Shown: positions 42,035 to 52,917, counted from the stretch's first letter. The stretch: 64,000 nt of DNA from Bacteroidales bacterium (GCA_963674935.2 CAXXWZ010000007.1:1117500-1181499), one strand, 5' to 3'. The notes: generated by a model from the letters alone, not told the origin. Made by a program: numbers and translations.

Positions 42035-45000
42035 TTATCGTTCCTCTTCAAAGAATCTTCGTTGAGAACCACTATTCGTATAAAGCTTCCCTCCTACATC
42101 TTCAAACTCTTTTTCAAGTGCAGGTAGTTTAATTTTAAATAAACTATTAATCAGTGATTTCTGACCATCAAAAGCTTCTTTTGCTAAAGCATATTGTTCT
42201 TTCTGAGCACCTGTAATATCAACTTCTGCAGAAGAAGTAGTATACATGGCAAAACGAACACGACTTGCAACAGAATTCTTGGCTCCAAATCCACCAATAA
42301 CAACTTTTGCTACTCCATCAATTTCTTTCTGAAGAGCATCCATTTTCTGAACCAATACATTGGCTTCAACGGCAGTGCTTTCTAAAATACTTTTCATGTT
42401 TGTAATTCGTGTATTCATGTCTTGGATCTTAGCTCTTGCAGCCGTCGCATCAGCATTTAGATCACTAACTTCTTTTAAGAAGCTGAAATTAGCAACATAA
42501 TTTGGCGTACCCAAAGCATTTGGCATTGAGTTTACTTTAAATGGCGTAGGTTCAATCAATCGGGTAAATTCACCATTTAAGTTTTTATCAATTGCAACCT
42601 TGTATTCTCCCGGAGGAACAACTGGTCCACGATTAGAAAGATATCTTAAATTCCATTCTTCACTATTGTATCCGCTACGTAGTGGAGCTGTAATTTTCCT
42701 CATTACATTATTTTCTCCATCATAAATGGTGAATACCAAGTCAGGTCTCACTTCATCGGATTCTGCTCTCAGCTCATCTTCTGTTGGATAAGGATAAGCA
42801 CCACCGGATTTTTCAGCATCCTTTTGAGCTTTTACCCTTTTTTGTTTCAGTGTTTCGAAACCATTCTTAATAAAATATTCAAATTTAGCTTCAGGTGAAG
42901 GATTTGGCGTAGTAAAATGAACATCTCCCTGATAGTTTAAATTGCTTGATGGATAGTAGAAAAGGACATCATTAATGCCAAACATATGTGCTTCTTTTTT
43001 AGCAATATCTGCACTAATTTCTCTTAACATTGAATAATCATCCATGATATAAAAACCACGTCCAAAAGTTGCAACAACCAAATCGTTTTCACGTTCTTGA
43101 ATAGTCAAATCTTTAACCTGAATTGGTGGAATTCCATTTTTAAGCTGAACCCAATTGGCTCCACCATCAATGGTAGTCCACACGCCCCATTCAGTTCCAA
43201 TAAATAATATATTTGGATTCTTGAAATCTTCCTGTATGCAATAAACAGTTCCTGAAGGAAGGTTTGAAGCAATTGAAGTCCAGGTTTTTCCTTTATCAGT
43301 ACTCTTTATTAAATAAGGTGTGAAATCGCTACTGTTTTTACGACCATCAAAACAAGCATACACAGTACCTTCTTCATGCCGCGATGGTAAAACATAATTA
43401 ACAAAAGTCATATCAGGTACACCAGGAAATGAACTGTACTTCGTCCAATCGGCACCATCATTTTCTGTAATCCAAATTAATCCATCATCTGTACCAACAT
43501 ATAACATTCCTTGCTTTAGTGAAGATTCGTTAAGCGCAAAAATGTTTCCGAATTTTGAAGTTGACATATTTTTAGCAACAGCTTCGGGTGGCCACATTTT
43601 ACCCATCATAGGTAAAGTATTTTGATCAATTTGCCGTGTTAAATCAGCACTGATTTTTTTCCAGGTTCCTCCCATATCAGTACTCTTTAAAACATATTGT
43701 CCACCAATATAGAGTGTTTTTGAATTAAAAGGACTTAATATATAAGGTGTGTTCCAATTCCAATTATACTCCTCATCAATGGTGGGTTGAGGTTGGATAG
43801 AAACACTATTATTTGTAGTTCTGTCGTATCTTCTAATTCCACAATATTGCGATTCGCAATAAGAAATATCAGGATTATTTGGATCAGGAATTGATAAATA
43901 TCCGTCTCCACCAATGGTATATGTCCAATCTGCATTAACCAAGTCGCGACGATGAGTTTGCGATGGGCCAAACCAAGAACCATTATCCTGCGCACCACCA
44001 TAAACATTATAGAAAGGGAAATCATTATCTACCCTGGCATGGTAATACTGAGTGATAGGTAAATTATTAGAAAACTTCCAGGTTTCTGCACCATCATAAG
44101 TTTCATAAAGTCCTCCATCACAACCCATGATATAATGATCTGTATCATCAGGATTAATCCAAATAGCATGGTTATCAACATGTTTGTTGCGACCTTCAAT
44201 ATTCTCCCATGTTTTTCCACCATCTTTTGAGCGTGCAGCACGAGTGTCCATTAAAATAATCAAATCAGGGTTAATAGGATCAGCATATAATTCATTATAA
44301 TATTGAGGACTACCTGAAACCTTATTACTTCTTTTTTCCCAACTCTCACCCATATCTGTTGATCTGTATGTTCCTCCTTTGTTTCCTGGAAGTTCAATTA
44401 CAGCATAAAGAATGTTTGGATTGGCATGAGAAAGTGCAAGCCCGATTCGTCCAACATCACCACCCGGTAAACCTTTTTTAAGCTTTGTCCATGTAGCACC
44501 TGCATCAACAGATTTATAAATGGCCGATTCTGGTCCACCATCAATTTTAGAATAAACTCTTCTTTCTCGTTGGTGAGATGTGGCGTATAAAATATCAGGA
44601 TTTCTTGGATCCATTTCTAAATCAGAAACACCAGTGTATTCTCCAATTTCCAGAATTCGATCCCAGGTTTTGCCACCATCAATGGTTTTATAAAGACCGC
44701 GCTCCCCGCCTGGTCCCCAGGCTTGTCCTTGAGCTGCAACATAAACCACATTGCTATTGCGTGGATCAATCATAATTTTACCAATCTGAGAGCTGGTTTT
44801 CAATCCCATATTGGTGAACGATTTTCCACCATCTGTAGTTTTATATACTCCGTCGCCATAGGACAGGTTACGTTGGGTATTATTTTCACCTGTTCCAACC
44901 CAAACCACATTCGAATTATTTGGATCCATGGCCAAACAACCAATCGAATAAACCGGTTGGTCATCGAATATAGGTTCAAAAGTTGTTCCGTGATTAATGG

Positions 45001-45292
45001 TTTTCCATAAACCACCCGAGGCAACCCCTACATAATATTCAGAAATATTTGCTGGATTTACTGCAATGTCAGAAATACGGCCTGAATAGGCAGCAGGACC
45101 TATACTTCTAAACTTTAAAGTTTTTACCATTTGGCTGGTAAGTTGAAACTGCTTCGCCGCAGTTGTCGTTTTCTTTTTCCTTTGTGCATTGACCTGCATT
45201 GAAGGAATCATAAATACAATAGCAAGGATAAGTACAATTATCCAGGTTTTATTTTTCGTTTTGTGCATGATATAAGTTTTAGTTGATTTCAA
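42035..45292 (-). CDS. Sortilin/VPS10-like BNR (Asp-box) repeat protein, secreted
   Basis: 1085 aa with a signal peptide and at least ten Asp-box-like repeats (TTDGGKSF, TIDGGKTW, SVDAGATW, STDMGESW, SKDGGKTW, YDGAETW, STDMGGTW, ENDGADW, STDKGKTW, TIDGGANW). The C-terminal ~250 aa include a coiled region. Confidence 0.75.
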   Translation of the reverse strand: MKSTKTYIMHKTKNKTWIIVLILAIVFMIPSMQVNAQRKKKTTTAAKQFQLTSQMVKTLKFRSIGPAAYSGRISDIAVNPANISEYYVGVASGGLWKTINHGTTFEPIFDDQPVYSIGCLAMDPNNSNVVWVGTGENNTQRNLSYGDGVYKTTDGGKSFTNMGLKTSSQIGKIMIDPRNSNVVYVAAQGQAWGPGGERGLYKTIDGGKTWDRILEIGEYTGVSDLEMDPRNPDILYATSHQRERRVYSKIDGGPESAIYKSVDAGATWTKLKKGLPGGDVGRIGLALSHANPNILYAVIELPGNKGGTYRSTDMGESWEKRSNKVSGSPQYYNELYADPINPDLIILMDTRAARSKDGGKTWENIEGRNKHVDNHAIWINPDDTDHYIMGCDGGLYETYDGAETWKFSNNLPITQYYHARVDNDFPFYNVYGGAQDNGSWFGPSQTHRRDLVNADWTYTIGGDGYLSIPDPNNPDISYCESQYCGIRRYDRTTNNSVSIQPQPTIDEEYNWNWNTPYILSPFNSKTLYIGGQYVLKSTDMGGTWKKISADLTRQIDQNTLPMMGKMWPPEAVAKNMSTSKFGNIFALNESSLKQGMLYVGTDDGLIWITENDGADWTKYSSFPGVPDMTFVNYVLPSRHEEGTVYACFDGRKNSSDFTPYLIKSTDKGKTWTSIASNLPSGTVYCIQEDFKNPNILFIGTEWGVWTTIDGGANWVQLKNGIPPIQVKDLTIQERENDLVVATFGRGFYIMDDYSMLREISADIAKKEAHMFGINDVLFYYPSSNLNYQGDVHFTTPNPSPEAKFEYFIKNGFETLKQKRVKAQKDAEKSGGAYPYPTEDELRAESDEVRPDLVFTIYDGENNVMRKITAPLRSGYNSEEWNLRYLSNRGPVVPPGEYKVAIDKNLNGEFTRLIEPTPFKVNSMPNALGTPNYVANFSFLKEVSDLNADATAARAKIQDMNTRITNMKSILESTAVEANVLVQKMDALQKEIDGVAKVVIGGFGAKNSVASRVRFAMYTTSSAEVDITGAQKEQYALAKEAFDGQKSLINSLFKIKLPALEKEFEDVGGKLYTNSGSQRRFFEEER

Positions 45293-45437
45293 TTAAGTGA
45301 GGAATAAAAATAGCAAATTCTGTTCTCTTCTCATATTATTTTCTACCAAAGGGGCAAATAACAAGACCTACATTAAAGATAAATAGCGGAATCATCATAA
45401 AGCTCAATTCGTATATTTTTTGATATTTAGAACGACC

Positions 45438-45472
45438 TTATCCTTAATACTAAGGATAATTTCTTAATTTTG
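45438..45472 (+). promoter_or_regulatory. Perfect 9-bp inverted repeat abutting a TAnnTTTG box upstream of the acyl-CoA synthetase gene
   Basis: The repeat is TTATCCTTA-atac-TAAGGATAA at 45438-45459. TAatTTTG follows at 45465-45472. The ATG is at 45671. Confidence 0.35.
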
Positions 45473-45670
45473 CCTGAAAGGAAATTTAAACATCATTATT
45501 ATGAGTTTGTGTAATATTTCATTGTCATTCGACACGCTTCCACACGCTCTTGTTGGATTTCATAGCATACAAATTCCTTATAGCAATACCTGGAGGTAGA
45601 AGTTTATTTAATTATCGTGAATCCGGTCGGATTCAATTCACATTTTTATGATACTTAAATATATAACTTT

Positions 45671-47728
45671 ATGATTACAAAAGAACTGATTGAACCCCGA
45701 AGCATAGTAGTTATAGGTGGTTCAGCAGATATTCAAAAACCAGGTGGAAAGGTTCTTAAAAATATTTTAGATGGCAATTTTAAAGGTGATTTATTTGTTA
45801 CCAATTTAAAAGAAGACAAAGTTCAAGGTATTAAGAGCTTTAAAAGTCCTGGTGATCTCCCTAAGGTTGATCTTGCCATTATCGCCATCGCCGCTCCTTA
45901 TATATTAGAAACTGTAAAGACTCTGGCTAAGGAAAAGGAAACCAAAGCATTTATTATTTTGTCTGCCGGATTTAGTGAATTAAACGAAGAAGGAAAAAAA
46001 CTGGAACAAGAAATTGTTAACATTGTTAACAGTGTGAATGGAAGTCTTATTGGTCCAAATTGCATTGGAGCGATGTTACCAGCTTACCAAGGAGTATTCA
46101 CCTTACCTATTCCAAAGTTAGATCCAAAAGGGTGTGACTTTATTTCAGGATCAGGAGCAACCGCTTGTTTCATACTAGAATCAGCAATTCCAAAAGGCTT
46201 AACATTCGCAAGTGTATTTTCTGTTGGAAACAGTGCTCAAATGGGTGTTGAAGAAGTACTACAATATTTCGACGAAACTTTTGATCCATACAGAAGCTCC
46301 AGAGTAAAGCTTCTTTATCTTGAAGACATTGCCAAACCAGAATTATTGCTCAAACACGCATCTTCTTTAATAAGAAAAGGTTGTAAAATTGCTGCGATAA
46401 AAGCAGGAGGATCAGTAGCCGGAAGTAGAGCAGCTTCATCTCACACAGGTGCTTTGGCCAGTTCTGATGTAGCTGTGGATGCTTTATTTAAAAAAGCCGG
46501 TATCGTCAGGTGTTATGGTCGCGATGAATTAATGACAGTGGCTTCCGTTTTTAAGCACCTCGAATTAACTGGTAAAAACATTGCCATCATCACCCATGCA
46601 GGTGGCCCTGCAGTAATGCTAACTGATGCCTTATCAAACGGAGGACTGGAAGTTCCAACAATTGAAGGAATTGACGCCAATGAACTCTTGGAAAAACTTT
46701 ATCCTGGTTCATCAGTGAGTAATCCAATAGATTTTTTGGCAACAGGAACAGCTGAACAACTTGGGACTATCATCGATTATGTAGATCAGAAATTTAATCA
46801 GATTGATGCTATGATTGTGATTTTTGGAACACCAGGCTTATTTGATATTTCTGATGTTTACGAGGTACTTGATCAAAAAATGAAAACGGTTAAAAAACCT
46901 TTATTCCCTGTGCTTCCATCAATCCAAACCGCCGACAAAGAAGTTAAAGAATTTTTAGCAAAAGGCCGCATAAATTTTTCTGATGAAGTTACACTTGGAA
47001 ACGCCTTGGTTAAAGTTTACAATACGCCAAAACCTTCTCCTGAAAAAATTGAACTTCCAAAAATAAATACCAATGAAATAAGAAAAGTAATTGATACTGC
47101 GGAGAATGGATATCTTTCACCAGTACAAATAGGCAAGCTAATCGATGCTTCCGGAATTAGTCGGTCGAACGAAAGAGTTACAAATACTGAATCAGAAGCG
47201 ATTAATTTTGCTAAAGAAGTAGGTTTTCCTTTGGTAATGAAAGTAGTTGGACCTGTTCATAAATCTGATGTTGGCGGGGTTGTTTTAAATATAAACGATC
47301 TTGAAACAGTCACCCGTGAATTTGATCGCTTAATGAAGATCAAAGACACAACTGCAGTTTTAATCTATCCAATGCTTTTTGGTACAGAAGTTTTTATTGG
47401 AGCTAAAAGAGATGACAAATTTGGTCATCTGGTGATGTGTGGTTTGGGAGGTATTTTTATTGAGGTACTGAAAGATGTCAATACGGGTCTCGCTCCCATT
47501 TCAAAAGATGAAGCTGTTCAGATGATTCAACAATTGAAAGGTTATGGAATTATTAAAGGTGCAAGAAAACAAGATCCTGTTAACGAAGAACTTTTTGCTG
47601 ATGCAGTGATGCGTGTTGGAGCCCTCATGGTAACAGCACCTGAAATCTTCGAAATGGATCTTAATCCACTTCTTGGAACAAGTACCAGCCTCACCGCTGT
47701 TGATGCAAGAATCAGAATTGAAAAATAA
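45671..47728 (+). CDS. ADP-forming acetyl/acyl-CoA synthetase (fused alpha-beta; acetate--CoA ligase family)
   Basis: 685 aa. It has an N-terminal CoA-binding fold (SIVVIGGSADIQKPGG), a succinyl-CoA-synthetase-like His region (AASSHTGALASS) and a C-terminal ATP-grasp (FPLVMKVVGPVHKSDVGGV). Confidence 0.85.
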   Translation: MITKELIEPRSIVVIGGSADIQKPGGKVLKNILDGNFKGDLFVTNLKEDKVQGIKSFKSPGDLPKVDLAIIAIAAPYILETVKTLAKEKETKAFIILSAGFSELNEEGKKLEQEIVNIVNSVNGSLIGPNCIGAMLPAYQGVFTLPIPKLDPKGCDFISGSGATACFILESAIPKGLTFASVFSVGNSAQMGVEEVLQYFDETFDPYRSSRVKLLYLEDIAKPELLLKHASSLIRKGCKIAAIKAGGSVAGSRAASSHTGALASSDVAVDALFKKAGIVRCYGRDELMTVASVFKHLELTGKNIAIITHAGGPAVMLTDALSNGGLEVPTIEGIDANELLEKLYPGSSVSNPIDFLATGTAEQLGTIIDYVDQKFNQIDAMIVIFGTPGLFDISDVYEVLDQKMKTVKKPLFPVLPSIQTADKEVKEFLAKGRINFSDEVTLGNALVKVYNTPKPSPEKIELPKINTNEIRKVIDTAENGYLSPVQIGKLIDASGISRSNERVTNTESEAINFAKEVGFPLVMKVVGPVHKSDVGGVVLNINDLETVTREFDRLMKIKDTTAVLIYPMLFGTEVFIGAKRDDKFGHLVMCGLGGIFIEVLKDVNTGLAPISKDEAVQMIQQLKGYGIIKGARKQDPVNEELFADAVMRVGALMVTAPEIFEMDLNPLLGTSTSLTAVDARIRIEK

Positions 47729-47814
47729 AATATTAATTAAATTAAACATCCATATTCCCATATCAAACAATAGTTATAATTTTGTGAAAACGGAGTTTAT
47801 TTAAATTCAACCAT

Positions 47815-49158
47815 ATGCTTAACAAAACAATTGATTATAAAGAATATACACCCATTGATACAGAAATTATCAATCGTAATTTAGAAAAAAACTTAATTAC
47901 GGACATTAGTACAGCACCTATCAGAGTTATTAAAAAACTGGTAAATAATATTGAAGACGAAACCGGCATCAAATTCGTAAGAATGGAAATGGGAATACCA
48001 GGTTTGCCTCCTACACAAATTGGAGTTGACGCCGAAATTGAAGCATTGCGTAAAGGAGTTGCCGCCATCTATCCTGATATTTATGGAACCGCTGAATTAA
48101 AAACAGAAATCTCCCGATTTGTCAAACTTTTTATGGATGTAGATGTTTCTACTGAAGGATGCATCCCTACTGTAGGAACTATGCAAGCAGGTTTCGCCGC
48201 TTTCATGACCATTCATCGCATCGATCCTAAAAAAGACACTACTTTATTTATTGATCCGGGTTTTCCTGTACATAAAATGCAGCACAAAGTTTTAGATCTT
48301 AAATTTGAAGCCTTTGATGTGTATAATTACCGTGGCGATAAATTAGAAGCCAAATTAGAAACTTATCTTCAAAAAGGGAATATTTCGTCAATATTATATT
48401 CAAACCCAAACAATCCTTCATGGATTTGTTTTACGGAAAAAGAACTTGAGATTATCGGAAAATTAGCAACAAAATATGGGGTGATTGTGATTGAAGATTT
48501 GGCCTATTTCGGGATGGATTTCAGAGTTGATATCTCAATTCCTGGTCAGGCACCTTATCAACCTTCTGTTGCAAAATATACTGATAACTATATTTTGTTT
48601 ATTTCCAGTTCAAAAGCTTTTAGTTATGCAGGACAAAGAATTGGAATGATGGTACTTTCTGATCATGTTTTTAATATTCAATCCGATCATCTCCTTAACA
48701 ATTATATGTATAATAAGTTTGGAATGGCCATGATTTTTGGAAGTATTTATACCCTGAGTGCAGGAACAGCTCATTCATCTCAATATGCTTTAGCCGCCAT
48801 TTTAAAAGCTGCCAATGATGGGCATTTCAATTTCGTTGATAATGTGAAAGAATATGGAGCTAAAGCCAAAATCATGAAGAAACTATTTACAGATAACGGC
48901 TTTGTAATTGTTTACGACAAAGATGAAGATGAGCCTATCGCAGATGGATTTTATTTCACGGTATCATATCCTGGACTGGATGGAGGAGAATTACTTAAGG
49001 AATTATTAGCCTACGGAGTAAGTGCAATATCACTAAAAATTACCGGTAGCGAACGAATTGAGGGAATACGGGCTTGTACTTCACTCCCACAACGATCTGA
49101 GTTTCCTGATTTGGAATTACGACTCAAAAAGTTTCACGAAAATCATCCTATTAATTAA
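47815..49158 (+). CDS. PLP-dependent aminotransferase, class I/II fold
   Basis: 447 aa with the NPNNPS motif and the PLP-lysine context SSSKAFSYAGQRIG. Confidence 0.75.
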   Translation: MLNKTIDYKEYTPIDTEIINRNLEKNLITDISTAPIRVIKKLVNNIEDETGIKFVRMEMGIPGLPPTQIGVDAEIEALRKGVAAIYPDIYGTAELKTEISRFVKLFMDVDVSTEGCIPTVGTMQAGFAAFMTIHRIDPKKDTTLFIDPGFPVHKMQHKVLDLKFEAFDVYNYRGDKLEAKLETYLQKGNISSILYSNPNNPSWICFTEKELEIIGKLATKYGVIVIEDLAYFGMDFRVDISIPGQAPYQPSVAKYTDNYILFISSSKAFSYAGQRIGMMVLSDHVFNIQSDHLLNNYMYNKFGMAMIFGSIYTLSAGTAHSSQYALAAILKAANDGHFNFVDNVKEYGAKAKIMKKLFTDNGFVIVYDKDEDEPIADGFYFTVSYPGLDGGELLKELLAYGVSAISLKITGSERIEGIRACTSLPQRSEFPDLELRLKKFHENHPIN

Positions 49159-49165
49159 ACATCCT

Positions 49166-49199
49166 AACCCATCAAAATAATTGATGGGTTATTTTTTTA
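49166..49199 (+). terminator. Intrinsic-terminator-like hairpin in the 47-nt gap before the decarboxylase gene
   Basis: The 9-bp stem aacccatca (49166-49174) / tgatgggtt (49182-49190) is followed by a T7 run (49192-49198). The next ATG is at 49206. Confidence 0.55.
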
Positions 49200-49205
49200 T
49201 TCATT

Positions 49206-50645
49206 ATGCCTAAGGATATTATTAAAAAAGCTTACAACCCGGAGTCATTCAGAAAAGAAGGACACCTTTTAGTTGATTTACTTGCAGACTACTTACAAGA
49301 CTGTTTAACACAAAAGGATATGCCGGTTCTTCCGTGGATAAACCCCGATGACCATCATCAGGATTGGAAAGAATTTCTTGATAAAGAAAGTAATCCAACA
49401 GAATTTTATAAAAAATTTATCACTCAATCTAACCACCTCCATCATCCAAATTATATTGGACATCAGGTGGTTCCACCTTTACCCATTGCTGCCTTAACAG
49501 ATTTAATGGCCACCTTTTCAAATAATGGCATGGCTATTTACGAAATGGGGCCTGCTGCAACTGCCATTGAGCGAAATGTAATTGAATGGCTTTTAGCCTT
49601 CTTTGGCTGGGGAGAAAACGCAAATGGCTTGCTTACTTCCGGTGGTTCATTAGGTAATCTGACAGGTTTGCTGGCAGCGCGTCAGGCAGTAAAAGAATAT
49701 GATGTTTGGGAATCAGGTGTTGATGGGAATTTGGCGGTCATGGTTTCGGCTGAATCGCATTATAGCGTCGATCGTAGCGTCCGGATAATGGGATTAGGCG
49801 ATAAAGGAATAATCAAGCTTCCAGTTGATGATCAGCATCGTATCAAAGTTGACTTACTACCAGGCATCCTCAGTAATGCAAAAAATGAAGGTAAAATTGT
49901 GATGGCATTGGTTGGCAATGCTTGCTCAACTTCGACCGGTATTTATGATCACAACGATGAGATGGCTAATTTTTGTGCTGAAAATAATATTTGGTTTCAC
50001 ATTGATGGAGCTCATGGAGGTGCTGCTATCATTTCTGATAAATATCGATACTTAACCAAGGGGATTGAAAAAGCTGATTCGGTAGTTATTGATTTTCATA
50101 AAATGATGTTAACACCTGCGTTAACAACAGCTGTGATTTTCAAAAATGGCAAGACCTCTTATGAAGCATTTACCCAAAAAGCATCCTATCTTTTAAATAA
50201 AAAAGGTGAGATTAATTGGTATGATGGTGCCGGAAGAACAATAGAATGCACCAAGAAAGCAATGGGGCTTAAAGTTTATTTGATGATAAAAACCTATGGC
50301 ACCGAATTGTTTTCATCTTATGTTGATCAAACTTATGATCTTTCGCGCGAATTTGCCGAGTTGATAAAAAACACTGATGATTTTGAACTTGCCATTTCTC
50401 CGGATTCAAATATTTTATGTTTCCGAATAGTTGATAAAAATATTTCTGAAGATAAAATGAACACTATCAATGCTCAAATTCGTGAGCAGCTTAAACTAGA
50501 TGGAAAGTTTTATATTGTGCAGACTGTTGTAAACGGAAAAGTTTATTTCAGAATAACAATCATGAACCCATTTACCTCAATAGAAATTCTGAATGAACTA
50601 ATAACTACAATTCGAAAGCATTTTACCAAAATAAGAATCAATTAA
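49206..50645 (+). CDS. Group II pyridoxal-dependent amino-acid decarboxylase
   Basis: 479 aa with SGGSLGNLTGL, the HIDGAHGG stretch and the PLP-lysine motif DFHKMM. Confidence 0.85.
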   Translation: MPKDIIKKAYNPESFRKEGHLLVDLLADYLQDCLTQKDMPVLPWINPDDHHQDWKEFLDKESNPTEFYKKFITQSNHLHHPNYIGHQVVPPLPIAALTDLMATFSNNGMAIYEMGPAATAIERNVIEWLLAFFGWGENANGLLTSGGSLGNLTGLLAARQAVKEYDVWESGVDGNLAVMVSAESHYSVDRSVRIMGLGDKGIIKLPVDDQHRIKVDLLPGILSNAKNEGKIVMALVGNACSTSTGIYDHNDEMANFCAENNIWFHIDGAHGGAAIISDKYRYLTKGIEKADSVVIDFHKMMLTPALTTAVIFKNGKTSYEAFTQKASYLLNKKGEINWYDGAGRTIECTKKAMGLKVYLMIKTYGTELFSSYVDQTYDLSREFAELIKNTDDFELAISPDSNILCFRIVDKNISEDKMNTINAQIREQLKLDGKFYIVQTVVNGKVYFRITIMNPFTSIEILNELITTIRKHFTKIRIN

Positions 50646-50713
50646 GCATAAATCATAGGATAATAATTGAAATTTAAAGCATGTAGATCACCTCAAAATA
50701 GCAAATTTTTTCT

Positions 50714-50721
50714 TAATTTTG
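50714..50721 (+). promoter_or_regulatory. Candidate -7 box (TAnnTTTG) for the 2-oxoacid oxidoreductase genes
   Basis: TAatTTTG lies at 50714-50721, about 45 nt upstream of the ATG at 50766. It is embedded in the inverted repeat cctcaaaat...attttgagg. Confidence 0.3.
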
Positions 50722-50765
50722 AGGCTTAAGAATAAATAAAAGTTACGAATAAATACCGACTAATA

Positions 50766-51002
50766 ATGGCAAAAGTTAAAGGAGTAATTATTGTTGACAA
50801 TGAAAAATGTAAAGGATGCGAAATATGCGTTGGTGCATGCCCTACAAATGTTATTGCAATGTCAGCAAATGTAAACGGAAAAGGATATCATTACGCATAT
50901 TCGGCTCAAGCAGATGCTTGTACAGGGTGTTCAAATTGCGCCATTGTTTGCCCCGATGGCGTAATTACAGTTTATAGAAAAAAAATGGCCGTAGAAGCTT
51001 AA
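50766..51002 (+). CDS. 4Fe-4S dicluster ferredoxin-type subunit (delta) of 2-oxoacid:ferredoxin oxidoreductase
   Basis: 78 aa with two cluster motifs, CKGCEICVGACP and CTGCSNCAIVCP. It is the first gene of a delta-alpha-beta-gamma set. Confidence 0.85.
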   Translation: MAKVKGVIIVDNEKCKGCEICVGACPTNVIAMSANVNGKGYHYAYSAQADACTGCSNCAIVCPDGVITVYRKKMAVEA

Positions 51003-51035
51003 CCTAAGTTTAACCTAAATAAATATTAAAGTATA

Positions 51036-52121
51036 ATGGGTGAATTAAAATTAATGAAAGGTAACGAAGCCATCGCAGAGGCTGCTATCAGAGCAGGAGT
51101 TGATGCCTATTTTGGTTACCCTATCACACCTCAAACAGAAATTATAGAATACTTAATGGCTGAAAAACCTCATGAAAGAACAGGTATGGTGGTTTTGCAA
51201 GCCGAAAGTGAAGTTGCTGCCATTAATATGGTTTATGGGGCAGCAGGAGTAGGAAAAAAAGCAATGACTTCTTCTTCTAGTCCTGGAATAAGTTTAAAAA
51301 TGGAAGGGATTTCATATTTAGCTGGAGCCGAACTTCCGGCAGTAATTGTAAATGTTGCACGTGGTGGACCAGGTTTAGGAACAATCCAGCCGTCGCAAGC
51401 TGATTATTTTCAAGCTACGAAAGGTGGTGGTCATGGCGATTATCGCATGGTTGTGCTTGCACCAGCCTCTGTTCAGGAAATGTCTGATTTTGTTTCATTA
51501 GCTTTTGATTTAGCTTTTAAATACAGTAATCCGGTTATGATTTTAAGCGATGGAGTGATCGGTCAAATGATGGAAAAAGTTGAATTAAAAGATGCTGTTC
51601 CAAGATGGACTGATGAGGAAATAAAAAAGATATCACCTTGGGCAACAATTGGAAAACCTAAGGCACGCGAACATAACATTATCACTTCTCTTGATCTGGA
51701 TTCATCACGACAGGAAAAACATAATGAAAAATTACTGGCCAAATACAATGAGATGAGAGCCAAAGAAATTCGATTTGAAAAAATTGAGTGTGATGATGAT
51801 ATAGATTATCTATTTGTTGCCTATGGTTCAAGTGCGCGTATTGCACAAAAATCAATCCAATTATTGAAAGAAAAAGGCATTAAAGCCGGCCTTTTCCGTT
51901 TAATCACACTTTTCCCATTTCCTTACGAAGAAATCGAAAAACTGTCTGCCAATGTTAAAGGCATTTTAGCAGTAGAGTTAAGTTCTGGGCAAATGGTTGA
52001 AGACGTATTACTTGCTGTTAAAGGTAAAGTAAAAGTTGAGCATTACGGTCGAATGGGAGGTATGATTCATTCACCACTTGAGGTAGCTAATGCATTGGAA
52101 AAAAAATTAATAGGAGGATAA
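51036..52121 (+). CDS. 2-oxoacid:ferredoxin oxidoreductase alpha subunit (KorA/VorB-like)
   Basis: 361 aa. It starts LMKGNEAIAEAAIRAGVDAYFGYPITPQTEI and contains GISLKMEG and the NVARGGPGLG pattern. Confidence 0.85.
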   Translation: MGELKLMKGNEAIAEAAIRAGVDAYFGYPITPQTEIIEYLMAEKPHERTGMVVLQAESEVAAINMVYGAAGVGKKAMTSSSSPGISLKMEGISYLAGAELPAVIVNVARGGPGLGTIQPSQADYFQATKGGGHGDYRMVVLAPASVQEMSDFVSLAFDLAFKYSNPVMILSDGVIGQMMEKVELKDAVPRWTDEEIKKISPWATIGKPKAREHNIITSLDLDSSRQEKHNEKLLAKYNEMRAKEIRFEKIECDDDIDYLFVAYGSSARIAQKSIQLLKEKGIKAGLFRLITLFPFPYEEIEKLSANVKGILAVELSSGQMVEDVLLAVKGKVKVEHYGRMGGMIHSPLEVANALEKKLIGG

Positions 52122-52125
52122 TCTG

Positions 52126-52917
52126 ATGAGAGACGAAATATATAATGAAATTGTTCAACCTGAAAACTTAGTTTATAAAAAAACTGAGTTAATGACTGAA
52201 AAGGTATTAAGTTATTGCCCTGGTTGCGGTCATGGAACGGCCCATCGAATTATTATGGAAGCCATTGAGGAATTAGACATTCAGGAAGATACAATCGCAG
52301 TAGCACCTGTTGGTTGCTCTGTTTTGGCTTATGAATTTATGAATGTTGATATTCAACAGGCAGCTCATGGGCGCGCTCCGGCAGTTGCAACAGGAATAAA
52401 AAGATGTTGGCCAGAAAAGATTGTCTTTACTTATCAGGGTGATGGTGATCTTGCTGCGATTGGAACTGCTGAAACCATTCATGCTGTTAATCGTGGAGAA
52501 AATATCGTAATCATTTTTGTTAATAACGGAATTTACGGGATGACCGGTGGACAAATGGCACCTACAACCCTACCCGGAATGAAATCTTCAACTTCACCTT
52601 ACGGAAGAGATGTTCAAATGATGGGAAGCCCGATAAAAATGACTGAGTTAATTTCACATTTAGATGGTGCATACTTTGTAACTCGCCAAGCAGTGCACAC
52701 ACCTGCTCACGTTCGTAAAACAAAGAAAGCCATTAAAATGGCATTCCAAAACCAGATTGATAAAAAGGGTGGAGTTTCCTTCGTAGAAATTGTATCTAAT
52801 TGTAATTCTGGTTGGAAGATGACACCTGTTCATGCTAATGAATGGATGGTTGATAACATGTTTCCATTTTATCCTTTAGGAGATATTAAAGTTGACGGTG
52901 AAATGGTAACGAAATAA
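52126..52917 (+). CDS. 2-oxoacid:ferredoxin oxidoreductase beta subunit (TPP-binding)
   Basis: 263 aa with YCPGCGHG and the TPP motif YQGDGDLAAIG...NNGIYGMTGGQ. Confidence 0.85.
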   Translation: MRDEIYNEIVQPENLVYKKTELMTEKVLSYCPGCGHGTAHRIIMEAIEELDIQEDTIAVAPVGCSVLAYEFMNVDIQQAAHGRAPAVATGIKRCWPEKIVFTYQGDGDLAAIGTAETIHAVNRGENIVIIFVNNGIYGMTGGQMAPTTLPGMKSSTSPYGRDVQMMGSPIKMTELISHLDGAYFVTRQAVHTPAHVRKTKKAIKMAFQNQIDKKGGVSFVEIVSNCNSGWKMTPVHANEWMVDNMFPFYPLGDIKVDGEMVTK

